51,893 bases of DNA from Girardia tigrina. Lineage: Eukaryota. The position numbers and the translations under genes were made by a program. How positions within the stretch are numbered: position 1 is the first letter of the stretch; every line of letters begins with the position of its first letter. The notes beneath the pieces were generated by a model that did not search any database, was not told the origin of the DNA, and saw only the letters and a list, made by a program, of their open reading frames with translations. The DNA is taken from NCBI GenBank assembly GCA_001938485.1, contig MQRK01233713.1, positions 1-51,893 of the forward strand, in the 5' to 3' direction. Below, in pieces: positions 21,866 through 33,608 of the stretch.

Positions 21866-24800
21866 ATGCGGGAAAAGGAGTGGGCCTCCCATCTCTTTCG
21901 AATGATAGTGAGCCACTAGGCTTTTTAGAGGGTCCACCCAAACTAAAGAGTGCTAGCTGCCCCCCGATAGGCCTCCTACGGGGATGGAGTGCTTCAGTCT
22001 CCCAAATTTCTTGGGCTTCCCTGTTGCAAACGACCAATCATGAATTGTGGTACCATGATTGAGCATCCCTTTGGCTGTATTGGTGGACTTGGTACAGCCG
22101 CGAAAGGGACATTTGAACTTTCCCCTCGCATTTGGATCTACGATCCTAAAAGACAAATGAGTATCTTCGGGATAAGTCATTTGCTCCATCACCGTTGAAA
22201 TAGCCGTGGTGACTGTTGCTGGTTGAAAATTGATCGTTTGGATAAGTGTGGGTTCTTTGTCTCTGTCTGGATTGTCGCTTCTTCTGTTGGATTGCGCTGA
22301 TGATTCTGTCGGACGTTCATTGATAATCTCCCTCGCTTCTATTCGATGATCTTTACGCAGATGCCTAGTGAAACATCCTTTCGTTTTGTAACCTTTGCTG
22401 CATTTGGTACATTTAAACGGTTTTTCATCTTCTGGGAGCTGAAGCGGGATGCTTACTGTGAATTCCGTGTGATCCTGCTTGAGTTGTCTATTTAGTTCCT
22501 TTTGTTCGGCAAACTCCTTAAAGCAATCTTCTATCGTACATTGAAGGAGTTTATCTCTCTCATTGAGTAATTTCGGCAGATCGGCTCTTGTTCTGTTCTG
22601 TTTCCCTTCTCTTATTAAGGAGTTGATGTATTGCCCTCTTTCTATTGTTGGGTCTCTGTGGACAATGTGGTGTATGAAGTCTTCATACTTTGCACTATCC
22701 CCAAAGAACCACTGTATATCCACTCTGAGGCATTCGGAGAGAGCTTGCTTCTTTCTCCCACTGATCTTCTTTCCCATTGACATTGTTGCTCTCCACACAT
22801 AATGTTTGGTGTATCAGAGGTGTCCAACCTGCTATGATAGGCAAGTCTTCTGCTTGCAATGATATCCATGGGGAGCGGGAGTCCAATGTTGATAGTGTCC
22901 ATCGGTATCCTCTCAGTCTTCTGCAAAGTCTTCATGATTGTGCGAGTACACAAATTATGAAAGGCAGCCAGCATCTTGATTGTTTTGTTACCTGTTCGCC
23001 AACTCTCACAACTGTAGTATACTACGGGAAGTATGCAAGAGCTGACAATCTTCTTCTTGTTCCGTAAAGAGAGTTTGGAGCTCCTCAGAACCGGTTTGAG
23101 GTCCCTGATCTTCCTGGTACCCTTTTGAATTCTTTCTCTTATCTCATCTTCAGTGGTGCCATTTGAGGAGATTGTGGAACACAAATAGACAAATTTGAAT
23201 ACCCACTCAATACCAGTCTCAAGCTGTTGTCCGGCGGTGAGAACTTTGGTATCTCAGTTTAGGTTCATAACTTTGGTTTTATTGATAGTGATCTTTAGTC
23301 CTAAATCTACAAATGAGTCATTCAGTAGATTTAGGTTTCTGATAAGATTGTTCCAGTCGGTGTCTATCAGACAGAGATCGTCCGCGTAAGCCAGTCTGTT
23401 GATTTCGAGGCAGCTTCCATCTTCAGTAGTCATCTTTGCTCCTCCTGAGAGACCATTCAATATCGCTCGTTTCAGGACTGTATCGAAGACGATATTGAAT
23501 AGGTGCGGACCTAAAACACAACCTTGTCTAACTCCTTTGTTCATGTTGAAGGTTTTATCCCCTATTGAACCTTTAAATCCCTTTCATTGTTTTATCTGAG
23601 GGATGTTATTACTTCAAAGAAATACCAACCGAGATGCAGCTATCCTAAGTATCTCATGAAAGGCTTTGATAACTTCAAGCATTCTCCCCCTTATCCCTAG
23701 TTTCTTTAAACAGCTCCAGAGAGACTCCCGAGGGACGCTGTCGAATGCTTTCTCCAGATCTATAAAGATTACAAAAATGTGGATATTTTTGTATCTTGCT
23801 TCTTCCTGTAGCTTTCTGAAGATGCTGATAGCTTGTTGCGTTCCTCTGCCTGTTCGGAATCCAAATTGCCATTCGTCCAGTGAGGCTTCAATTATTGGAG
23901 TAATACGATTAGCAATAAATCTCACAAAGAATTTACCGCCTACGTCTAGTTGGAAAATACATCTACAGTTATTCGGGTCTTTACGAGATCCTTTCCCTTT
24001 GAAGAGATTGACCACTCTGACCTCTCTCCAACTTGATGGGAACTCTTCCACACCGTCCCATATATTCCTGAAACATATTTCCAGTAGGGAGATAATATTC
24101 GTACCTCCCCATTTATATACTTCAGGAATAAGTCTATCTGAGCCTGCTGCTGTACCGCTCTTCAATTGCCTCACTGCCACCTTCAGTTCTTCAAAGGTGG
24201 GGGGTAGATCCAGAGTGTCCAGGTTTGATGTCTCCCCTGCGATATCAATTCTTTCATCTAAATGAGAATTAACTCGAAAGAGGTTGTTGAAATGTGCAGA
24301 TAGTTCTTCGTTTCCTATCGGAGTTGAGAGAGCGCACAGTGTGTTCTCTTTCGATTGTGTGTTACAGAGAACACGTAACTCTGTTATGAGTTCTATCAGT
24401 TTCCCTTCTCCGTCGTTTGCAAGGATCTTTTCAATTAGCTTTCTTTTCTTCTGCTCTTTCCCGTTTCCATTGTCGAATCTTTCTCGGAATAAGAAGTCTG
24501 CTTGACTTCCACCTCGAGTACGTTGCGTCGTTTCTGTCTTTTACGAATTCTGAACGTCTTGCCCATTTTTCTCTGATCATCATCTTAAGTTCGTCTAGCT
24601 GCCCATCCAACCACCGCTGATTGATTGGTGCTCTTTTCCTTTTTCTACTCAGCCTTTGTATCTCGCTTCAGATTGCATGATTAAGGGAGTTCCACGTAGT
24701 GGTGCCTGAAACAGTAAGATGCGGAAGTGATTCCATTATCGCCTCTTTCTTCTTGACAATTGCTTCCCTGTCCGGTAGCTTTTGTTTGCGCGGGTTCTTA

Positions 24801-25212
24801 TCGTTTCTCAAGCGTTTTAGGCGTTTCCTTTCCTCACGAACTAACGCGGTTAAAACCACTAAGTCGTGGTCCGATCCACAATCGAAGCTAGGGTAACTTC
24901 GAATGTTTGTCATTCTATTGCATCGGTGTTTCTCTGATAGAAAAAGATCAAGCAATTCTCTCATTTTTGTTCCTGGGTGAGTCCAACTCGTTCTCTGCTT
25001 GATTTGTTTCCTGAAGAATGTATTCTCCACGCGCAAACCACAGGATTTTGCCATGTCAACAAGCAGTTCTCCGTTCTCTGAAGTGCGGATCCCGCTTGCG
25101 CATGGATCCACTACAGAGCTGTTTTCATCGCATCGCTTGAGCCGACAGTTGAAGTCACCTCCAACTAACAGTTCCATTTTATTATCCACTGGGGGTATTT
25201 TATTATCTTGGG
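21866..25212 (-). mobile_element. Non-LTR retrotransposon (RTE-like LINE): APE, RT and C-terminal C2H2 fingers, frameshifted
   Basis: APE: LLVGGDFN, NTFF, SWTHP, LDLFL, SDHDLV. RT: QFGFR, FIDLEKAFDSV, GVRQGCVLGPHLFN, LAYADD. C-terminus: CTKCSKGYKTKGCFTRHLRKDH and CPFRGC...MLNHGTTIH. Visibly GC-richer than the flanks. Confidence 0.9.
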
Positions 25213-26019
25213 CGGGGGGGGTAACAAATGAGCAAAAATCCATCAAAGTAATCCGAAAATTGGTGGTCCATATTTTTATGACGAAATGACAAAGTTAAAT
25301 CTGGTCAAAATCTCATTGAGTTTATCACATGGTTTGCAGAACTGACGACGGATTTCCAATTAATTGTATTTTTATAATCCAACCTCGAATATTCAAGAAA
25401 TCATTCTGAAATTAAATCCGTACTTCCAGAAGCCGTGCCTCATATAATTAGACTGATTCATTGTAATTCAAATAGTCGAGTGAAATTATGATATGAATTT
25501 CGAATGCCGACGTTCTTGACATTCGAAGAAGGGAAAAAGATGGTCGCAAGAGCGGCAAGCGAAATGACGATAAATGTTGATCAACTGGGTCAGATTCTTT
25601 TTCATTCTCCCTCCCCTCGTCCCAGAGTCTCCAAATCCCCATCACTAGAGCATTATGGCAGTGGCCACACTGCGCCCGCTCTCGCACCAACAACTCATTT
25701 ACTACATATTTTATTATATATTTCAAAACACTCATCGAGATAGCTGCATCTCGGTTGGTATTTCTTTGAAGTAATAACATCCCTCAGATAAAACAATCAT
25801 CATCTTAAAATCTTTATTCACTCCTTTGATAAAAAATTACTTTCATGATTTCCGTTATTTTGTATACAAAGTCGCCTTTAAATGAGAAATTCACGAGAAT
25901 AATAAAAATCGTAAAAGTAATAACACCGGGGGATCTCATCTCGATCATGAGCCATAAGGCAAATATAATTTTTTTAACTTAGTAATTTATTAATTACAGT
26001 ATTAAATTTATTCTTTCAG

Positions 26020-26094
26020 AGATTAAGTGTGAAAAAGAGCGACGCGGATATATCCGTATCAGATCAAATTGGAGAAAATGTGCAAACTCAAAAT
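26020..26094 (+). CDS. Host gene exon F (75 nt): RLSVKKSDADISVSDQIGENVQTQN
   Basis: ttctttcag|AGA...AAT|gtaagt; open frame. Confidence 0.72.
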
Positions 26095-26559
26095 GTAAGT
26101 CATACTAAAACGTATCGTTTTACTTTGTTTGTACATGAGAGTTGATGAATGTAAGATTATATATTTATATCTAAAATTCGATATTTTTGCATGTATTATG
26201 GTAATATTCTTTAGTTTTAGTTGTTTGGACCCTTTTATTCTTATTAAATCACTGTTCCTTCATAATGTATTTTAGAACTCATTAGAAAGCTAAGGGTAAA
26301 TATTATATTAAGAAAATTTTGGTATTGTTAAGAGCATTGAAACAATTATTATTATAATTGAGGTTATTGAAGTTTCTATTCTTAATTATTTGACAATAAT
26401 TCTCAATAAAAATATATTTATGCAATCACATTACAGTTGATACATTCTCAAGAAACACAATCATCCTGCCCAATCAAAGTTTTTCACGCTTCAAAATTTC
26501 TCATCAAAATCTTTTTTAACGTTTAAATAAAATTCTTTTTTCTGTTTAATTTTTTTCAA

Positions 26560-27098
26560 ACGAAATAGAGCTGAGTCCGTTTTAGAACCGATGGCGAAAC
26601 AATCCCGATTTCTTTTCATGAAGAAACTATTTTCTCGAGTCCATTCGTATTTCATAGAATCAGGTGCCATAATAATGACTACTAATGTGTAGATTATGTG
26701 GCATATACGCACCAGACTGTGATTTAACTATCTTTAATAAGGAGCAATGAAGGAGACTTTTTCGATTTCATTTTTCGATAAATCGTACCAAAACTATAAC
26801 CATGGATACCTGTTTGATAGACTAGAAATAATTGGCTGCCTGTTAGATTCGATGGCAACCTGGTTGCTAAATCACTGAGCATGGTTTTTGTTAGTATCTC
26901 ACTTTTGCCATTGCATAACTGAGTCTTGAACTTCACTTCCAATTCTTTTAAAACATCTTGCTACAACACTCAGCTGTGAAGGTCCAATCATCGTTGCAAA
27001 ATCATTTGTTTTTGATTTATCTTTAAATTTACTTTCAAGATGATCAACATCATCGATTTCTCTTGATTTTTTTATCATATCCTCTACAAATTCCTGAT
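26560..27098 (-). pseudogene. OXR1: TLDc-domain (OXR1/NCOA7/mustard-like) intronless pseudogene fragment
   Basis: SEILT...LATRLP...LVYQTGIHGYSFGTIYRKM...PSLLLIKDS*, then by frameshift GAYMPHNLHISSHYYGT* and YEWTRENSFFMK...FAIGS. These are TLDc motifs in the expected order, with stops and no introns. Confidence 0.8.
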
Positions 27099-27403
27099 CT
27101 TAAAAAACAATGAATATGCTTCTTTAATTTAATGTTTGATAAAATAATTCACGAATATGAGAAAGAGTGATATGAGTGATAGAGAGAGAACATCATCAAC
27201 TTTCACCTAGAGATCGGTTGTAAAATGAATAAAACAGATAGAACATGAAACGTTATTTTGGCAATTGAACAACTCAACCGCCAACAATGAACCGAATTGT
27301 CACACCAAATTCATCCACGATAAATTTTTCCGAGGCTCTTTTTACATACTGGAAATGTCTTTTGCTTACTTCACTACAATATTTATTTTCTTTCGTATTA
27401 TTT

Positions 27404-27620
27404 CTCTAGCCCAAGTTGAATTGAACGAATGTGAAAAATCAGTTTGTTTGTTTGTTTGTCTGTTCACGCATCAATTGAAGACGGTATGACCAAATGAGAC
27501 AAAGCGTTCTAAAACATTCTTAATACACAGGGCTGGTCGACGACAACTTTTCTCGATACCAATATGAACCACCGGAAAAAAACGAGTTCTATATTCGACC
27601 AATCAGATTGCAATATTTTC
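27404..27620 (+). repeat. Possible non-autonomous Helitron/DINE-like element 5' part
   Basis: TC start, (GTTT)n microsatellite, then cacgc...acggtatgaccaaat, resembling the layout of Lep1/DINE-type elements; no 3' end identified. Confidence 0.35.
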
Positions 27621-28057
27621 AAACTATTGAAATACTACTTTTTAATAATTTTGGATACAACAGAAAAGAACGAAAGGCGTTTTTAAGTAGCTAATGCGAA
27701 TTTATCTTTTGATTATCACTTCTAATACCCTATTCATTCTTGAAAAAGATCTGATAAGCAGATACAGCAACTGATTGTATAGCAAACACAAATGAAACAA
27801 TTTAAAATCTTTCGAAGAAAAAAAATAAGGCCTCCTGAACGCTTAAATTGGAATATTTAGCTTTCCATCTACCGAAAAAGTATGCATTTCTAAATTATGC
27901 ATGGTTTAAATTAACAAAGAATAAGTTAATTTTTTTACTAAATTTATTTATTTAAAAGTTTAGTCCATTATAAGAATGTAATGACATCGCAAAAATGTTA
28001 ATGCGTTTGTAATTATTTTTTGGTTGTGATGATTTTTCACTGAGGTGTTATTATATA

Positions 28058-29270
28058 TTAGGTTGATGCATAAGTTTTTAGCCCTTCATTTATTATAAAA
28101 GAAATATAACTAAATGATTTAATTGATTAATTGATTTAAAAATAAATGCTCGTATTTTCTAAGACGTTTAAAAATGAACAAAATTCATCTTTGACATTGC
28201 ATGCTTTTCATGTTTAATTTAGGAAAAAACACCACCGAAACATTGGATCAAATTACGCAAGCCTATGGAGCTGATCCTGTTTCATATGCCACGGTCAAGA
28301 AATGGTTCAAGAAGTTCAGAAATTGTGAGTACGACCTAGAGGACAAGCAGAGAAGCGGAAGACCTAAAAAACTGAAGATTCGGAATTGGAGGCATTGCTT
28401 CAAGAGGATTCAATCCTGGTGACAAGAGATATGGCTAAGATCCCCGAAATCGATCAATCAACGGTGCAACAAAGACTTACGGCAATGGGAAAAGTTTTGA
28501 AAGTTGAACATTGGGTTCCGCACCAGTTATCACATGCAAATATTGCACAAAGACTAAATTTGTGCATTGCACTTCTTTCACGTCACCGCCGTAAATCGTT
28601 TTTGTGGAGAATTGTCACCAGGGACGAAAAATTGGTGTATTACGAAAACCCTCAGCGTAAAAGATCATGGGTAGATATGGGTCAACCTTCAACTTCAACG
28701 CCAAAACCTAATCTTCATAGCAAGAAATAGTTGTTCTGCATATGGTGGGACATGAAGGGAGTCCTCTATTATGAGTTACTTAAACCCGGAGAAACAATCA
28801 CGGCACAGCGCTACAGTGGAAATTTGTTGAAACTTAGCGAAAAAATCAAAGAATTGCGGCCGCAACATGGACATTCGATGAAAAAAATCTTCCTACTCCA
28901 CGATAACGCTACACCACATGTTGCGAAAGCGACAAAAAATAAAATTTTGGAACTGGGATGGGAGGTTTTACCGCATCCGGCGTATTCTCCGGACATTGCT
29001 CCATCCGATTTTCATTTGTTTCGCTCTCTACAACATACTCTGGTTGGTAAGGGATTCAAAAAAGAAAGTGATGTGCGAAATTGCATCGATGAATTCATGT
29101 CATCGAAACCAGAAAATTTTTCACCGATGGAATTAGAAAACTACCGGAAAGATGGCAAAAAGTAATTGATTGTAACGGCGAATACTTCACCGATTAATAT
29201 TTTGTAGTTCCTTTAGAAATTCTTTGATAAAAGTAATAAAAATAGGCTAAAAACTTATGCATCAACCTAA
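28058..29270 (+). mobile_element. Full-length mariner element with disrupted transposase
   Basis: Perfect 26-bp TIRs ttaggttgatgcataagtttttagcc / ggctaaaaacttatgcatcaacctaa with TA on both sides. Motifs WVPHQL, IVTRDEK, LLHDNATPH and HPAYSPDIAPSDFHLF (DD34D-type); broken by frameshifts and a stop. Confidence 0.96.
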
Positions 29271-29337
29271 TATATAAAATGTTTACTTTTTAATAATTTT
29301 ATTTCAATAATTAAATTATAAAATTTTCATCTTCTAG

Positions 29338-29445
29338 CAAATCAAAAGACCGCCGAGTTCAGTTGATATGAAACAATTTATAAGAAACAAAGACTTAATC
29401 AATTATGAAAAATTTAATCCCGAAAAAAGGCAGTCTCTCCACAGA
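29338..29445 (+). CDS. Host gene exon G (108 nt): QIKRPPSSVDMKQFIRNKDLINYEKFNPEKRQSLHR
   Basis: cttctag|CAA...AGA|gtaaga; open frame. Confidence 0.7.
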
Positions 29446-30062
29446 GTAAGAATTAGATTATATATAAGACAACGAATTTCGATAAAATAATGCAATCATC
29501 AGACCAATCCTCACCATGCATTAAACTTAAACCAAGTTAAGAAACATTTTTATAATAAATCATTGGATTGAAATAAATTTATATCATAATTTTTAAAAAT
29601 TAAGTAAAAATACATTAAAATCAATCAATTCCATTCTCACAAGCCAACAATTGACATCTATTGATTGCCATCTGAGAAAACAATATGTTTATGAGGGGTT
29701 AGTTTTTAAGTTTCGCCAAAATGGTTTATTATTTTTTTAGTTTTGAAAATTTAAAGGAAATAAATTAAAAAATTAAAATGCAGAGTAAAAATATGATAAA
29801 ATAAATACGTATTTAAATATGTTTACATTAATAACAATTAATATATTTTATAAGTGGAATAAGTTTAAATAAAGTTTAAAATAAATAATTAACGGATTAA
29901 TATTTTAATAAAAGGACTTATTGTAAATTTAAATTAATTAGTTTTTATGATAAAGTTTCGTAAGAATGTAAAAGTATTTAACATTTTAAATTTTGTAAAA
30001 TTTTTTGTAAAAAAATGCAAAATTATTTTAAGGTAAAGATTTTGTAAAATTTTTGCAAAAAA

Positions 30063-30180
30063 NNNNNNNNNNNNNNNNNNNNNNNNNNNNNNNNNNNNNN
30101 NNNNNNNNNNNNNNNNNNNNNNNNNNNNNNNNNNNNNNNNNNNNNNNNNNNNNNNNNNNNNNNNNNNNNNNNNNNNNNNN
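30063..30180. other. Assembly gap
   Basis: Run of N. Confidence 1.
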
Positions 30181-31818
30181 ATTTTGGGCGAAATAATTGA
30201 ATTAATTTGTTTAAGTATGTGAATTGTTGATATTAATAAATTTTTGTGGTGTTAAATTATGACTTCAGAATGTGATAATAATGAAAGTGGCATAAACGCT
30301 ACTTACAATGTTTATTCTATCTTTTAATAATTTAAAAGGAAACGGAGATATATGATAAAGATAACAATTGACAGCAACCAAACATACTGTCAAAATTTAT
30401 TTTGCTTTGAACTGAACAAATGCGCTACTATATACAATGTCACCAGCCTCAAACTTAGTACATTGGTGATAACACTATATTCTCTCAGATTGTCTTCTTT
30501 CAGAATTTTCAGTAGAACTACATTGGTGAGATTTTGGATTGATTTGAATGTTATGTGAAAGCTAAATTTGAGTTGAATATATTGAGTGTGAAAAGTTTTA
30601 TCTCAAAGATTAACTTTTGGTTTACTTGGAATGGTTATCTTTATCATGTCTCCGTTACCCTTTAAACTCTAAACTGACGGCAATCGATACTGGCCAATGG
30701 TTGGTTGTGAGAATAAATTAATCGCTTTTAAAATGTTAGTTGCGTTGATATCATTTTCGAATTAAGATTCATAATTATCAAAAAGTTTTATTAGCACCAA
30801 ATACGAAATTCTAGTTTAAACAAATTCAAACAAATTTTTATCTTTGTTATAGTTCGAACGATTAGAATCACCTCATCTGGAATCACTTGGATCAGACTCT
30901 GTAAAATGTCATCAAATTCATCGACTTGAGTTTCTCGTAACAAGGTCAACACTTGTAACGCGAGCGGATGAAGATAATTACCAATAAAATTTTTAACATG
31001 TTTTTATTGTTGCAAGATGAGCTCGGACACAGTCATCATGAAATTGATCGCCGTTTTCAGTACGTCATTCCGTTTTGAACTGATCTCATTCAACGAATTC
31101 CCCGTGAAATAAGTCGGTGTCGAATCGGATAAGATATCAAACAACAATAGACAAAGCTCCACCGGGGTCTCCTACCACAACTGCACATTGTGTTCCGCAT
31201 GACTCAGCATTTTGTTCAATAAAATTAATTCAGCCAAAATTTGAACATTGAGACACTCAAATTGGATTTGAGATTAATTTTATCAGAAACACATCCTGAT
31301 CGGGAATTAGTTCTTTTTCTCATAAATCACAACCAAATCGATCACTTTGTTCGAATGGAGTCGCGCCCATTTTATTTTTGATCTCCTTGATCCATCGAAC
31401 AATGGAAATTAATCGCGTATTTTATGTATTTTATTCGATAAAACCGATTATTCCGAATATCAATAATCAAATTCGATTCTCTATTATTATTATCGACAAA
31501 ATTAATGTGAGATCCGACGGTATTCTATTTTATAATGACTGGATTTAATGTCATTATGAAAGATAATGCCGATCGATTTTTTGGTATCTGTGAATTCATG
31601 AAGGAAAATATTCATATTAACGAAGATAAAAACACAATATTCAAATTTTTATTGATTTAACATTTTATTCACCACTCATAATTAACTCGATTTACACCCA
31701 TATAATTAAAACAAACAAAATTTCTTTTCTGGATTTTTCCAGTTAACATTTTTTACAAGAAAACCAAATTTTATAAAAGTTTTTTTACAATATATATATA
31801 TAATTATATATATATATA

Positions 31819-31883
31819 NNNNNNNNNNNNNNNNNNNNNNNNNNNNNNNNNNNNNNNNNNNNNNNNNNNNNNNNNNNNNNNNN
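31819..31883. other. Assembly gap within (TA)n
   Basis: Run of N flanked by TA repeats. Confidence 1.
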
Positions 31884-31957
31884 TATATATATATATATAT
31901 ATATATGTTTAAATTTCATTTTAATTAATTTCATTTTTTAATATAAAAAATGGTATA

Positions 31958-33270
31958 CAGTGCTTAACGTAAGTTTAAGACCACGAAAATTAAATCTATT
32001 TTTTAAATCGTCTTTGGTATTTGTTTACATTAACTTTCGATAATAGACACTAAGTTTTGTTTTTCCTAAAGTATTTTCAATAGAGCTTGAATTTGACGAA
32101 GAAGTTGATCCTTTTGTGGAAAATTTTTGACGTTGCTGGTCTAGGAGAGTAATCTAGGAGAGTAACCCTAATTTAAAAAATTCTTTATTATTGCATATTA
32201 TATTACACATAGCTTACTACGTTGTTTACTTTTATGCAAGTCAATTTTTATTAACTTTTTCTAGTTAATTAGCTGTCTGATTATGTATGATATGTATTTA
32301 GGGACTTTCTGTAATGTTTTAGCAACCTTGACCTTGACCTTTATACATATATCACCATATGATTATTACTCATTCGTTTGATTGATTATTCGTATCGTTA
32401 TGTGATTTTTTTATTTACTGCATTTATTCTGTGTAGTTTTCTAGGTAAATTTGTTAAATAAAAATCATACTAAGTGTTCATACATTTTTATGGCAATATT
32501 TTGTGTTCTAAAATAATCCGTACATGATGGGTAAGCGATGCAACCTCTCTCTTACAAAACTTTCACAGGTTATTGCTCTCAAAAAAGCAGGCCTTAGTGA
32601 AAGGAATATTGCCAGTCAACTGGGGATATCCAAAACTGCCGTCCATGAAGCAGTTGTAAAGTATGAAACGCAGCATCATTCCACCTAGAGCAGGCGCTTT
32701 GAAGAAAACTACGCCAGCCGATGACCGCGTAATTCGAAAAATGGCAGTTGCTAACGCTCGCAACCCCACCCGTGATATTGAGGTTAATTTGCAGGAGTCA
32801 GGTGTGAAGGTCTGTAGGATAACCATCAGCAGGTGGTTAAAATTGATGAACCTATCAGCGTACAAGCTAGCCAGAAAGCCAATATTAACAAAAGCGATAA
32901 AGATGAAGCGCCTCAACTTTGCAAATTAACATATACATTGGACAGAAAACAACTGGCAGAAAATATTGTGGTCAGATGAGTGTTTAATTACTCAGTTTAG
33001 GGGAAGGCGTTTCATTTCTGAGAAGGCCTATTGGAGCCCGATATAACGAAAGGTATACAGTACCAACGATGAAACATCCGGCTTCAATAATAATTTGGGG
33101 ATGTGTGAACAGCTATGGGCGTGGGGCTTTGGCGATCTTGGAAAAATGTAAGAATGAATTCCAAGATATATACTGACATGCTGGAGACCAAGCTTAAGAG
33201 TTTCATGGAGATACACCAGTGCACCAGTTTTATGCAAGATTCGTCCCATATGGCACGAAGCAGTCTGGCG
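31958..33270 (+). mobile_element. 3'-truncated Tc1 element
   Basis: TA-CAGTG TIR start. From ~32528: MGKRCNLS...GLSERNIASQLGISKTAV, KKTTPADDRVI, ARKPILT, WQKILWSDE and FMQDSS. Confidence 0.85.
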
Positions 33271-33608
33271 TATTTATTTATATATGTAATAATATATTTC
33301 AGTACTCCATTGTCAGAAACCATCAACCTTGGCTTCCATCTTCTTTCTATCGTTCACGGATATAATCGTAAGGAGACGTATGTTTCAAACTATATGCCTG
33401 TTCCTAATAAGCTGTTGGAGTTTGTAAACAACTCATTATGCACAAAAGTCGTTTTTCTCTCAACTTTCCTCTTCGACTTTGATCAATATTGATCCGGCGT
33501 AATCAACTTCCATATTTACTAATGGTAACTTGAAAACTCTAAAACTTGGTCGGGGCGCTATGATTTGACTTCTAGATCTTGCTGCTTTCCTTCGGTAAAA
33601 CATACATT

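Noticed and set aside
23666-24265. 199-aa + strand ORF and other + strand ORFs over the LINE, gag and Gypsy regions
   Set aside because: Antisense shadows of minus-strand TE reading frames.
27783-27860. Exon-like QTQMKQFKIFRRKKIRPPERLNWNI
   Set aside because: In-frame TAG before any donor; resemblance to exon G (MKQF, RPP) is probably chance.
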